Part shown: in pieces, positions 27,425 to 35,462 of the stretch | Layout of the letters: each line of letters opens with the position of its first letter | Numbering within the stretch: position 1 is the stretch's first letter | Source of the DNA: a virus | Taxonomy: Duplodnaviria; Caudoviricetes | Length of the DNA: 61,345 nt | IMG/VR virus record: IMGVR_UViG_3300036861_000887 | Span: 1 to 61,345 of that record | Strand: one strand, 5' to 3' | Program-made: the position numbers and the translations under genes | Notes under the pieces: model-generated | What the model saw: the letters and a program-made list of their open reading frames with translations, nothing else | What the model was told of the DNA's origin: nothing | Database searches by the model: none

Positions 27425-30400
27425 CTACCGCACTGCATAGGCCTGCACCGCCTGGATCCGCCCCAGGACGGTGTACGTGGTAAAGCGCGTCGTGTCACTC
27501 TTCACCAGCCGCAGATCGACATAATCCGTGCCCACCTCCGCTAGGGATGACAGCTTCACCACCGCCACGTATTTGCCACAGTGTGTCGCGGTCATGGCAA
27601 ACGGAGCACTGGGCATCCCGCCTACCTTGCGGAACGTGCCCCCATCCAGCGTACAGCCCGAGAGCGAGGCCGTCGTCGCCGCACCGTTCGTCACAGCCAC
27701 ATCCTGCCCATAGCACGCCAGATGCCCCGTGCAGTCGTCGGTCAGCGTGTACCAGTTGGCGTCCGCCGCGTTGCTACTCGTGCAGTTGGTGCTGTCACAG
27801 GCCTGAAAGATATGGCTCGCGGCCGGACAGTCGTTGGTACTGCATGAGAACTCCAGATGTTCCTGCGCGGTCGCCCCCGGGGGGAGGTAGCAGGGCGCAT
27901 CCAGCACCGCATCACGAATCGTCAGTCCCTGGGTAAACGTCTCCCCGGCCAGCGCACAGCGCGCATGGGTCTGCGCCAGCACGCCATCCCCAGCCGGAGG
28001 CGCCGGGGCGTTGTTGGTGATATTCTTGCACCCCGCCGCCAGTTCCGTCGTGCCATTGGTGATGGGAGACGCGGTGCCCTGGGTGTAGCAGAGTTGCCGC
28101 TGCGCCTCGCCGTAGACAAAGGGGGGCGTAATCGGGATGGCGTACTGGCTCACATTAATGCGGTCGATACTGGCAGACACCGTATGCCCCGCATCGACGG
28201 CCAGGCCCGTGGCACCGGTCGCTGGCACAATCGCCCCCCCGGCCGGGTCCAGGGTCGCGACAATCGTGGTGAGATCCTCCGCTGCCACCGTCGCCAGCAG
28301 CAGCGTGGGCGCCGCGGGCGGCGCCGCCACCTGGTTCACGCAGTTCGCGATGGCCCCGTAGGCAAAATCGGCTAATGCGACACCCGTGCTGCCCGTGATG
28401 TTGCTGGCCACTGCCTTGACTCGCACGGTATGCCCCGTGACGAACGCCGTTGTCGTGGTAAACTCAAACTCATTCACGCCAATCCGCGTCCCTGTGCCGC
28501 TCATGGTCTTGTCCACACCGTTGTCATCAAAGGTGATGCCCGTGGCGCCAGACGCCGGGAGCATGTTCCCTGCCACACCTGAGCTAAACGTAATGCGCGC
28601 GGTCACATCAGACGCGGTATCGGGAATCAGACACGAGATGGGCAGGGGCGGCGGATCGGTCCCCCCAGTGAGGGTGTTGGTGATTGACTGGCTGGTGACG
28701 GCCAGCCGCTCGCCCGCAACGCCATTCGTCCCCCCGACCTGCTTCCCCGACTTGATCGCACCAGCCACCGTATAGAGCTTCAATACATCGCTCGGCTGCA
28801 TGCTGGCGCCACTGACCGTCAAGAGGAGCGAGGCCCCGCCGGCTTCGACCGGGCAGGCCGTCACCGTCCGCGCCGTGCCCGTCGTCGTGGCATCGCAAAT
28901 GCCCCCCGCCGGGTTGACACAGACGTACATCAGCCCACACGTCACGGTGATGGGGGTCTCAATGGCGCAGACCGTCGCCCGGAGCGTATGGGTATCCACG
29001 GTCGTCACCGTCGGCACCGTGGGAATTTCGAGGGCGCCTGGGTCCCCTTGGGTATTGTTGGGACAGGCCGGGCTAAAGCTGAGACTGTTGACGGCCGGGC
29101 TCGTACTCGTCAAGTTCACATTCGTCGCCGAGACAAACAGCGGGTCGGCCACCTGGCTACTCGTGTCGGGCGTGCCACTCCGCGCCTGCCAGGTCCCCAG
29201 GGTTTTACTGACCCCGCCCTCAAAGAACGGCTTGCGCCCTGTCGTGTGATGCAAAAACACATTCTGAGTCGCCGCCGTCTTCCCGCCCGTCCAATTGGCG
29301 CTGGCATTGCCCCCGAGTTCGGCACTACTGGCCGTGGCGTCCGTGTTCACCCCGTTGTTGGCCACGATACTGCGAGAGAGATTGACGGTTGCGCCGGCGG
29401 TATTGGCCTCTATCCCCATCCGGCTATTCCCCACAATCGTGCAGTTCGTGGCATTTACGGTGAGCCCCGCATGTTGCGCGACGAGCCCATCATACGCCCG
29501 GACGAGCAGGCAGCGGTTCAGCGTCACCGTGCCCGGGCCATTCAGAAAGACGGCGGAGGCAGGCACGCCAGCGGCCGCACAGGCGGGAATCCGGGGATCA
29601 CTGAGGCTGGTGAGATGATCATGGCTATACAAGCCATTGAACGTGACCGGGACGGCGGTCGAATTGGCCCCGTTATTAGGCCCCCCGCCATTGTGCACGT
29701 TGAGGTTCGTGAGGACGATATTCGACCGCTGGCACGGCGTCCCATTATGGCAGGCCGCAAAGCCACCATGAGCAAAACTGTTATACATCTCGCCGTCTAC
29801 GTCCAGGTAATCCGCAATGCTCCCATTTTTACTCAGGTCCTCCTGATCGCGCCCGGAGTCATGCCGGACCACCCGCGTGAAGGTCACATCCTGAATCACG
29901 TCCGAAGCCACATTCGTGAGGAGATACACGAGCGGCTGGCCGTCACTCGTCCCACAGCCACTACAGGCATTCCCCACCACGGTCCGGGGCGCACTAAAGG
30001 ACAACTCGACGTCCGTGACGGTAATGTGCCGGGCGTTGAATCCAATGTAGAGGGCCTGTTTCGGCGCCCCGCGAATGACGAGATTACTCACGTCCCAGTA
30101 GTCACGATCAATCAGCAGCATGGGCTGTGTTGCGCCAGTCGTCGCGATGCTCAAGGCCTCGAACCCCGGATTGCTAAAGGTATCCGGGTCCGCATCGTTC
30201 CAGGTGTACAGCTTGGCCTCGGCCGTGTTGTAGCACCACTGGTTGTTACTGGCGAGGTGTGCCGGGCAGGAGACCGGCGTACAGGAATTCGTGGCGCAAC
30301 ATGGGGGGTTATTCCCGCTCCCCGGCGCAATGTAGGTCCAACTGGAACGATTCGGATGCCAGCCGTGATCCAGGTTCATATGGGTCGATGGATTGGCCGG

Positions 30401-30928
30401 ATCATAGTCACAGGTGTAGCCGCGATGCGTCACCCCCACCATGGCAGCGGTGCCACACTGCTTATCCGCGTCCTGGAGCACCGTGGCATAGGGATTGACC
30501 GACTGGCTCGCCCACCAGACTTTGGCTTTCTCCCCACTACTCAACACACTGCACTGGCCGACGTTGCCGGTACACGTTGTCCAGCCCGTCACGAGGCTCA
30601 GGGGCGTAATAATGGGACGCACCAGCGAATTGCGAATCGTGGTACAGTTGTAGTTGGTCAGGGTAATATGCTGACTCGCCGTCCCCGAGTTGACGGTATT
30701 CGCCAAGTCGTACATGCGATGGATGGCGCCGTTACACACCCGGATCGTATCGCCTGCCACAGACACATCGACGGCGCCTTTGAGCGTCTCCTTGGCCAGC
30801 GCTTCGGTGAGGCCCGAATCGGCATTGTTCCCTGTGGGTTGATCGACATACCGCACGGTGGCCCAGGCAGGCGCAGCGAGCCCGACACAGAGGCACAGCA
30901 GGCCCAGGAACACGCGCAGATGTCGCAT
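27425..30928 (-). CDS. Large secreted Cys-rich protein: right-handed beta-helix plus Ig/SwmB-like repeats (1167 aa)
   Basis: Signal peptide ending AWA, then TVRYVDQPTGNNADSG...AKETL (DUF1565/beta-helix start); NCTIVGN, SIVANN and ADPLFVS...LTSTSPAVN motifs; Pro linkers between beta-sandwich modules. Confidence 0.8.
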   Translation of the reverse strand: MRHLRVFLGLLCLCVGLAAPAWATVRYVDQPTGNNADSGLTEALAKETLKGAVDVSVAGDTIRVCNGAIHRMYDLANTVNSGTASQHITLTNYNCTTIRNSLVRPIITPLSLVTGWTTCTGNVGQCSVLSSGEKAKVWWASQSVNPYATVLQDADKQCGTAAMVGVTHRGYTCDYDPANPSTHMNLDHGWHPNRSSWTYIAPGSGNNPPCCATNSCTPVSCPAHLASNNQWCYNTAEAKLYTWNDADPDTFSNPGFEALSIATTGATQPMLLIDRDYWDVSNLVIRGAPKQALYIGFNARHITVTDVELSFSAPRTVVGNACSGCGTSDGQPLVYLLTNVASDVIQDVTFTRVVRHDSGRDQEDLSKNGSIADYLDVDGEMYNSFAHGGFAACHNGTPCQRSNIVLTNLNVHNGGGPNNGANSTAVPVTFNGLYSHDHLTSLSDPRIPACAAAGVPASAVFLNGPGTVTLNRCLLVRAYDGLVAQHAGLTVNATNCTIVGNSRMGIEANTAGATVNLSRSIVANNGVNTDATASSAELGGNASANWTGGKTAATQNVFLHHTTGRKPFFEGGVSKTLGTWQARSGTPDTSSQVADPLFVSATNVNLTSTSPAVNSLSFSPACPNNTQGDPGALEIPTVPTVTTVDTHTLRATVCAIETPITVTCGLMYVCVNPAGGICDATTTGTARTVTACPVEAGGASLLLTVSGASMQPSDVLKLYTVAGAIKSGKQVGGTNGVAGERLAVTSQSITNTLTGGTDPPPLPISCLIPDTASDVTARITFSSGVAGNMLPASGATGITFDDNGVDKTMSGTGTRIGVNEFEFTTTTAFVTGHTVRVKAVASNITGSTGVALADFAYGAIANCVNQVAAPPAAPTLLLATVAAEDLTTIVATLDPAGGAIVPATGATGLAVDAGHTVSASIDRINVSQYAIPITPPFVYGEAQRQLCYTQGTASPITNGTTELAAGCKNITNNAPAPPAGDGVLAQTHARCALAGETFTQGLTIRDAVLDAPCYLPPGATAQEHLEFSCSTNDCPAASHIFQACDSTNCTSSNAADANWYTLTDDCTGHLACYGQDVAVTNGAATTASLSGCTLDGGTFRKVGGMPSAPFAMTATHCGKYVAVVKLSSLAEVGTDYVDLRLVKSDTTRFTTYTVLGRIQAVQAYAVR

Positions 30929-31035
30929 TATGTGATGGTCCTCACAATCGCTTGCATTGGGCCACAACGGCGGATATAACTCTTGCTGCACTGTGCAGAG
31001 TTCCACGGACCCACACCCAGAAAGGATGGACGCCG

Positions 31036-31533
31036 ATGCATCGACAGCTCATGGTTTTGGCACTGCTCCTGACCGCGACCCAAACCTTCGCCGCCAATGG
31101 GTGCCCCTCGGTAATTCCCAACGTGGCAGGCCGCACCTTTTTTGACTTGACCGCGACGCAGACCACCCGGTTGCTCGCAGCCACCGACACCACCAGCCGC
31201 CTCGCAGCCGAACAGACCACCACGGGCGAAATGGCCGCGTTGGTGGACTGTGCCGACTACGCCGACTGCTGGCAGTTTTTGCCGGGTGATACCCAGGTGG
31301 CCCACTGCTGTAGCGATATTGCGCCTACCCCCGAACCGCCGCCCCCCACGATGTCTCCTGCCTGTTTGCAGACCTTTACGAACCAGGTGGTCATGACGCG
31401 CAACAGTACAGGCGCGTACCTCTATCGCACGGCCACGGAACGCGAAGCCATGCGCCGACTGCTCAAAGCCCAGGTCCGCACGGGGATCGGCTTTGATCAA
31501 CCCACCTGGGACACCCTGTGTGTGCATCAATAA
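31036..31533 (+). CDS. Secreted Cys-rich hypothetical protein, opposite strand
   Basis: AAAGGA RBS; MHRQLMVLALLLTATQTFA signal peptide; fills the gap between minus-strand genes exactly. Confidence 0.7.
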   Translation: MHRQLMVLALLLTATQTFAANGCPSVIPNVAGRTFFDLTATQTTRLLAATDTTSRLAAEQTTTGEMAALVDCADYADCWQFLPGDTQVAHCCSDIAPTPEPPPPTMSPACLQTFTNQVVMTRNSTGAYLYRTATEREAMRRLLKAQVRTGIGFDQPTWDTLCVHQ

Positions 31534-31548
31534 CCGCATCGCCAGTCC

Positions 31549-31872
31549 CTACTTGCTACAGGCGTGATAGAGTTGCGTCCAGTCGGCTGCCCACTCGACA
31601 CAATCCGTGTCCGTGGGCAGCGGGCCACAGTCAAAGCCCGGCCGGTACCGCGCCCAAATCACATTCTGCGCATTCCCAATGGCCGCCGGGTCCGTGCTGG
31701 CAGCGGCGGCGCGGAGTTGGGCCACCTCCTCAGGGAGCAGGACCACTTTGGTGAGGCCGTGCGTCTCCCAGATCTTGACGGTGCGACAGGCCGGTTGCAC
31801 CGCGACGGCACTCCCGGCGATGCACCACCCCACCAGCACCCCAATGACCAGTCCGGTTAGTTTCCCAGCCAT
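31549..31872 (-). CDS. Secreted hypothetical protein
   Basis: GGAGGA RBS; leader ending AVA; four Cys in the mature part. Confidence 0.65.
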   Translation of the reverse strand: MAGKLTGLVIGVLVGWCIAGSAVAVQPACRTVKIWETHGLTKVVLLPEEVAQLRAAAASTDPAAIGNAQNVIWARYRPGFDCGPLPTDTDCVEWAADWTQLYHACSK

Positions 31873-32816
31873 AAGAGTCCTCCACCGGGGCGCATCCGGT
31901 CCGCAATCGCCCACCAGTAGTGCAGCACCCCCGTGGTGTTACAGTTCACCACCGTGCCAATTTGGAACCCCGTCGTACTCATGGACTGAATGCAGTCCGC
32001 GGCGGCCACGGCGCTATCCTGAAAACTCAGATCGCCCACTTGCACCCCAAAGCGGTAGCCAATATGCACCGTTGACGCCACCTTGGTCAGTAGGAACAGC
32101 GGCACTTTGGTCCAGACGCTGGTGATATCGCGGTTATCCGCCGCATCCCCGGTATAGCTGCCGGTCCATTCCGCCCCCGGACTCGCGGCCACCGCCACGT
32201 AGGCAAAGGACGAGCCGCTATTATTGACCGCCGCGTTGGTCCCCAGTTGAAACCCATCACTGTTGAGGGCCTGAATAAAGTCGGCGGCACAATTCAGGTT
32301 GCCCCACCGGCAGGACAGATCCCCGGCGGTCGCCGCCGACCGCCAGCTCCCCGTGCTACTGTTGTTACGCACAATCGTCACAAAGGCCGGGGCAAACGCT
32401 GGGCTGATGGTGAGGTTCCGCCCATCGGCCGCATCCCCGGTATACGTGCCCGTGGTGACCCCACTGCCGCCCAGCGCCACGTAGTCATAAGTAACGGCGT
32501 TGACATTGTCGCCGGTCCCAACCTGAAACGTGCCCGTGCCGAGGGATTGCACGAGGTCCGCCGCCCACACGCCAGCCGCCATCAGGCCCGCCGTGAGGTC
32601 CGCGCCCATGGTGTCCGTGGTAAAGTGCATTTGGGTCGCACCACTGCCCTTGAGGAACAGTGCCTTGATGGGAAACACCGGGGTGACGGCGATATCCCGG
32701 TTGTCCGCCGCATTGCCCACGAAGCTTCCGACCGCCACGCGGACCTCCGCCACCGCCAGTCCCGATACCAGCAGGAGTGCACAGAGCACAGAGAGGGCAC
32801 GGCGGAGTCGCATCAT
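31857..32816 (-). CDS. Signal-peptide protein with three tail-fibre-like repeats
   Basis: Leader ending AVA; three repeats of about 100 aa beginning GSFVGNAADNRDI, GTYTGDAADGRNL and GSYTGDAADNRDI, each with FQxGT...N near the end. Confidence 0.75.
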   Translation of the reverse strand: MMRLRRALSVLCALLLVSGLAVAEVRVAVGSFVGNAADNRDIAVTPVFPIKALFLKGSGATQMHFTTDTMGADLTAGLMAAGVWAADLVQSLGTGTFQVGTGDNVNAVTYDYVALGGSGVTTGTYTGDAADGRNLTISPAFAPAFVTIVRNNSSTGSWRSAATAGDLSCRWGNLNCAADFIQALNSDGFQLGTNAAVNNSGSSFAYVAVAASPGAEWTGSYTGDAADNRDITSVWTKVPLFLLTKVASTVHIGYRFGVQVGDLSFQDSAVAAADCIQSMSTTGFQIGTVVNCNTTGVLHYWWAIADRMRPGGGLLWLGN

Positions 32817-33160
32817 GGCACAAGGGCTCCCAGGTCAATACACCGCTGGTCCGTGGGAGTCAGCTCACAGTATTGCCCGATCTTCAGCGAAATATTGCGC
32901 TGTTTGTTGGCCGCAAAGTTCAGGAGATGGTCCCGTAAGACACTCACCAGATAGGCGTGTGCGTCAGGAGTCCCGCAGACAAGCGGGTCATCGGTGCAAT
33001 ACCGTTTCTCTGGGGTCCCATTCGCGACATAGGCCGCGTTCTGCGCGTTCGTCGCGGCCAGGAGGACGGTTTCCTGGTTGGCGGTCAGGGTGAGGGAATG
33101 ATTCCCCGCCTGGGCCGCCAGGGGCAGGACAAGGAGTACGAGCACCAGCAGGTATTTCAT
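32813..33160 (-). CDS. Secreted hypothetical protein
   Basis: MKYLLVLVLLVLPLAAQA signal peptide; paired Cys. Confidence 0.7.
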   Translation of the reverse strand: MKYLLVLVLLVLPLAAQAGNHSLTLTANQETVLLAATNAQNAAYVANGTPEKRYCTDDPLVCGTPDAHAYLVSVLRDHLLNFAANKQRNISLKIGQYCELTPTDQRCIDLGALVP

Positions 33161-33172
33161 GCGCCATCCTTC

Positions 33173-34468
33173 TTAGTTCGACGTCGTCTTCAGCCAGGTC
33201 ATTAACCCACCTGTCCACATGCCGGTGGTAATGGATTGCGTAGCCGTGCCGCTATCTTCGTTGTCAATAATGAGCCGGAGCGACTCCCCGGCACTACAGC
33301 CCGAGGTGGTAATGGCCACGGTATTGGAATGGTTGATCGTGTTGGTTTGATTGGAGAAGGTAATGGTCGCGGTGTTGGTGGTCCCCGTCGCCGGCGCCGT
33401 CGCCAACTGCTCGGTGGTCGCCGTGCACACCACTTGCATGTCAGCAATCATCGTCAACCCGCTCTGGTTCGTCAGGGAAAAGCCCGTGAGGGTGACACTG
33501 AGCACCCCGGCATCCCACGTGCTCGGCATTTTGGGAATCCGCAGCACCATCCGGCCGTTATCGTTGTCCAGACAGGAGATGGTGGTCTCAGCCGGATAGC
33601 TGCTCTGCGCCACGTCGCTTTGCACACAATTCACGCCGTCCACGACCAGGTTCGCCGCCGTAAACGCGATATCACTGGTGAACTTCCCGCTCCCCGTCAT
33701 GGTCAGCGTGCCTGTGAGCGTCCCTCCCGCCGCCGGGAGCAGTCCCGCTTCCGCCACGGTCCCCGGCACGAGCTTTTTACTACTGTCGAAGACCGCAATC
33801 TTGGAGGCCGTCGCATCGGTGACAATCGGCCCCACCGCCAGGGTCGTCGCGCCGGTGACGGTCAGCTTGTTCTGCGAGCCACAACTCTCCACCGCCGCAT
33901 AGGTCGTGAGCCCCGTATCGTCCATCGTCCGGCAGGTCACCTGGGTGCCCGCGCCGTTATCGATGCTGGTGGTTTCCGATTTCCCCGCCTCAATCGTATT
34001 GTTAAACGGCAGCCGGACCCCCGCCGCATCGTAGCACCGGAGGCCTGGCGCTCCAGCAACAATGCCTTGCTCACAGCGCAGATCGGGATCCCCCGCATCC
34101 GTGGTAATGAGCGCCGTCGTGGTACTGTTGCCCACGGTGGACACCGCTTGCAGGCTGGGCGTACTGGCAGATCCCGCCGCCTGGGTGTAGACAGTATCCG
34201 CGCCAAAAAAGACCGCGAGTGGACTGCGCTGGACACACACAATGTAGGGATAGGCGGCCGCCTCACTGGCGCAGTCGGTGGCAAGTTTGACGTAGGTGAG
34301 CGTGATGCCTACGGCCCCCACGCAACAGAGCGCCAGGGTGGTGAGAAGCCAGGGACGGAGACGGCGCCATGGGAGCAGCCAGCGACGCTGAGGAGTCAGC
34401 AGGCGCTGCGCCTGCCGGAGGAGACGAGCCAACCGCCATTCCGCGATGCACCGCTGCCACCAGGACAT
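33173..34468 (-). CDS. Membrane-anchored or secreted fibre-like protein
   Basis: Basic leader plus hydrophobic helix; PSLQAV...GNSTT and LLPAAGGTLTGTLT motifs typical of phage fibre shafts; C-terminal beta-sandwich. Confidence 0.65.
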   Translation of the reverse strand: MSWWQRCIAEWRLARLLRQAQRLLTPQRRWLLPWRRLRPWLLTTLALCCVGAVGITLTYVKLATDCASEAAAYPYIVCVQRSPLAVFFGADTVYTQAAGSASTPSLQAVSTVGNSTTTALITTDAGDPDLRCEQGIVAGAPGLRCYDAAGVRLPFNNTIEAGKSETTSIDNGAGTQVTCRTMDDTGLTTYAAVESCGSQNKLTVTGATTLAVGPIVTDATASKIAVFDSSKKLVPGTVAEAGLLPAAGGTLTGTLTMTGSGKFTSDIAFTAANLVVDGVNCVQSDVAQSSYPAETTISCLDNDNGRMVLRIPKMPSTWDAGVLSVTLTGFSLTNQSGLTMIADMQVVCTATTEQLATAPATGTTNTATITFSNQTNTINHSNTVAITTSGCSAGESLRLIIDNEDSGTATQSITTGMWTGGLMTWLKTTSN

Positions 34469-34689
34469 AGCGAGGTATCCATATGGATGAGGGCTGAGCT
34501 GCCTGAGGGTACCTCCTCAAGCAACCCTATAGAATTGTGGTGCGGGAAAGCTCTGGTGAGGACGGCAAGTAAGGACAATGGGCACCCCACGCAGAGGTAC
34601 CCACGATATCAAGAGGATAGGTAAAAAATATCGGGAAGTCAAGACATATAGGACAGATAGAACGACTGGGTGTCCTATTTCCGAGGAGC

Positions 34690-34938
34690 CTAGGTCATAC
34701 TGGGGTCCACCCACAGCACAAATGTCGCACCATCCCAGAGGTAGTGAATACACCCGCCAATGATCAGAGACGTTCCCGGCAGCAGGCGCAGCGGAGTCCC
34801 CGGCACCTTGACCACGTGCGGCGCGTCGATCACCATGCGCTGGCGTCCCACGACCCGGCCCTGCGCATCCAGAATGACGCGCTCATCGACCAGGGGCGGC
34901 AGGTCGTAGCCATCCGAGTCCAGCCCGTGCCAGGGCAT
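34690..34938 (-). CDS. Hypothetical protein
   Basis: 82 aa, GGGGAG RBS, directly after the HTH gene. Confidence 0.5.
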   Translation of the reverse strand: MPWHGLDSDGYDLPPLVDERVILDAQGRVVGRQRMVIDAPHVVKVPGTPLRLLPGTSLIIGGCIHYLWDGATFVLWVDPSMT

Positions 34939-34943
34939 ACGCA

Positions 34944-35174
34944 CTACTCCCCATGCACCAAAGAGTCGATACACACCCCCAGCACCTCCGCAATAGCCGC
35001 AATCGTCCAGACACTGGGATTGACCGCTTTTCCCGCGCAAATACGCTGTAAGGCACTCTCCGCAATATGGCTACGTTTCGCTAACTCATAGACCGTCACG
35101 TGTTCGCGCTGAAGTAGCGTCAGAATCCGCACAGCCAGCAGGGCGTTGTCCTTTTCGATGATGGCCACCTCCAT
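34944..35174 (-). CDS. XRE/Cro-CI family HTH regulator (candidate repressor)
   Basis: TVYELAKRSHIAESALQRICAGKAVNPSVWTIAAIAEVLGVCIDSL; AAGGAG RBS; divergent from the early promoter. Confidence 0.88.
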   Translation of the reverse strand: MEVAIIEKDNALLAVRILTLLQREHVTVYELAKRSHIAESALQRICAGKAVNPSVWTIAAIAEVLGVCIDSLVHGE

Positions 35175-35268
35175 ATGCATCTCCTTTGAGGTGTTCAAAG
35201 AGAACATACGTACTAATATATATAGGAATAATAATTTATGCCACCTCAAAATTTATTTTGAATACCAC

Positions 35269-35297
35269 TTGACGACACCTCAATTGAGGGGTATATT
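35269..35297 (+). promoter_or_regulatory. Sigma70-type early promoter with palindromic operator in the spacer
   Basis: TTGACG-17 bp-TATATT in an AT-rich island; the spacer contains the palindrome CCTCAATTGAGG. Confidence 0.8.
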
Positions 35298-35301
35298 ATC
35301 A

Positions 35302-35458
35302 CTGGTAACAGGATGGCACAACGGAAGAGCCGAAGCGGAGAGTAAAGCTGGAACGTTACCAGCGGTACGCGAGGCAGGGACGCAATAACCCCGCAACCTG
35401 AGCAGAGGGGGTAAGAAGCGAAAGACCCACTCTGGTGCTCGCGCCTCACACGGGGAGG
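35302..35458 (+). ncRNA. Candidate structured leader RNA
   Basis: Nested stems: CTGGTAAC/GTTACCAG; CGCGAG/CTCGCG enclosing CAGG/CCTG and CAGAG-GGGT/ACCC-CTCTG; CCTC/GAGG over the RBS. Confidence 0.5.
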
Positions 35459-35462
35459 TTCA

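Noticed and set aside
28988-30979. 663-aa plus-strand ORF (also 33236-34624, 462 aa)
   Set aside because: Antisense to well-formed signal-peptide genes; no independent coding signal.
35374-35415. GGGACGCAA motif suggesting a c-di-GMP-I riboswitch
   Set aside because: The upstream GGCAAAC and GNRA-capped P2 stem of that class are not present; kept only as an unassigned structured leader.
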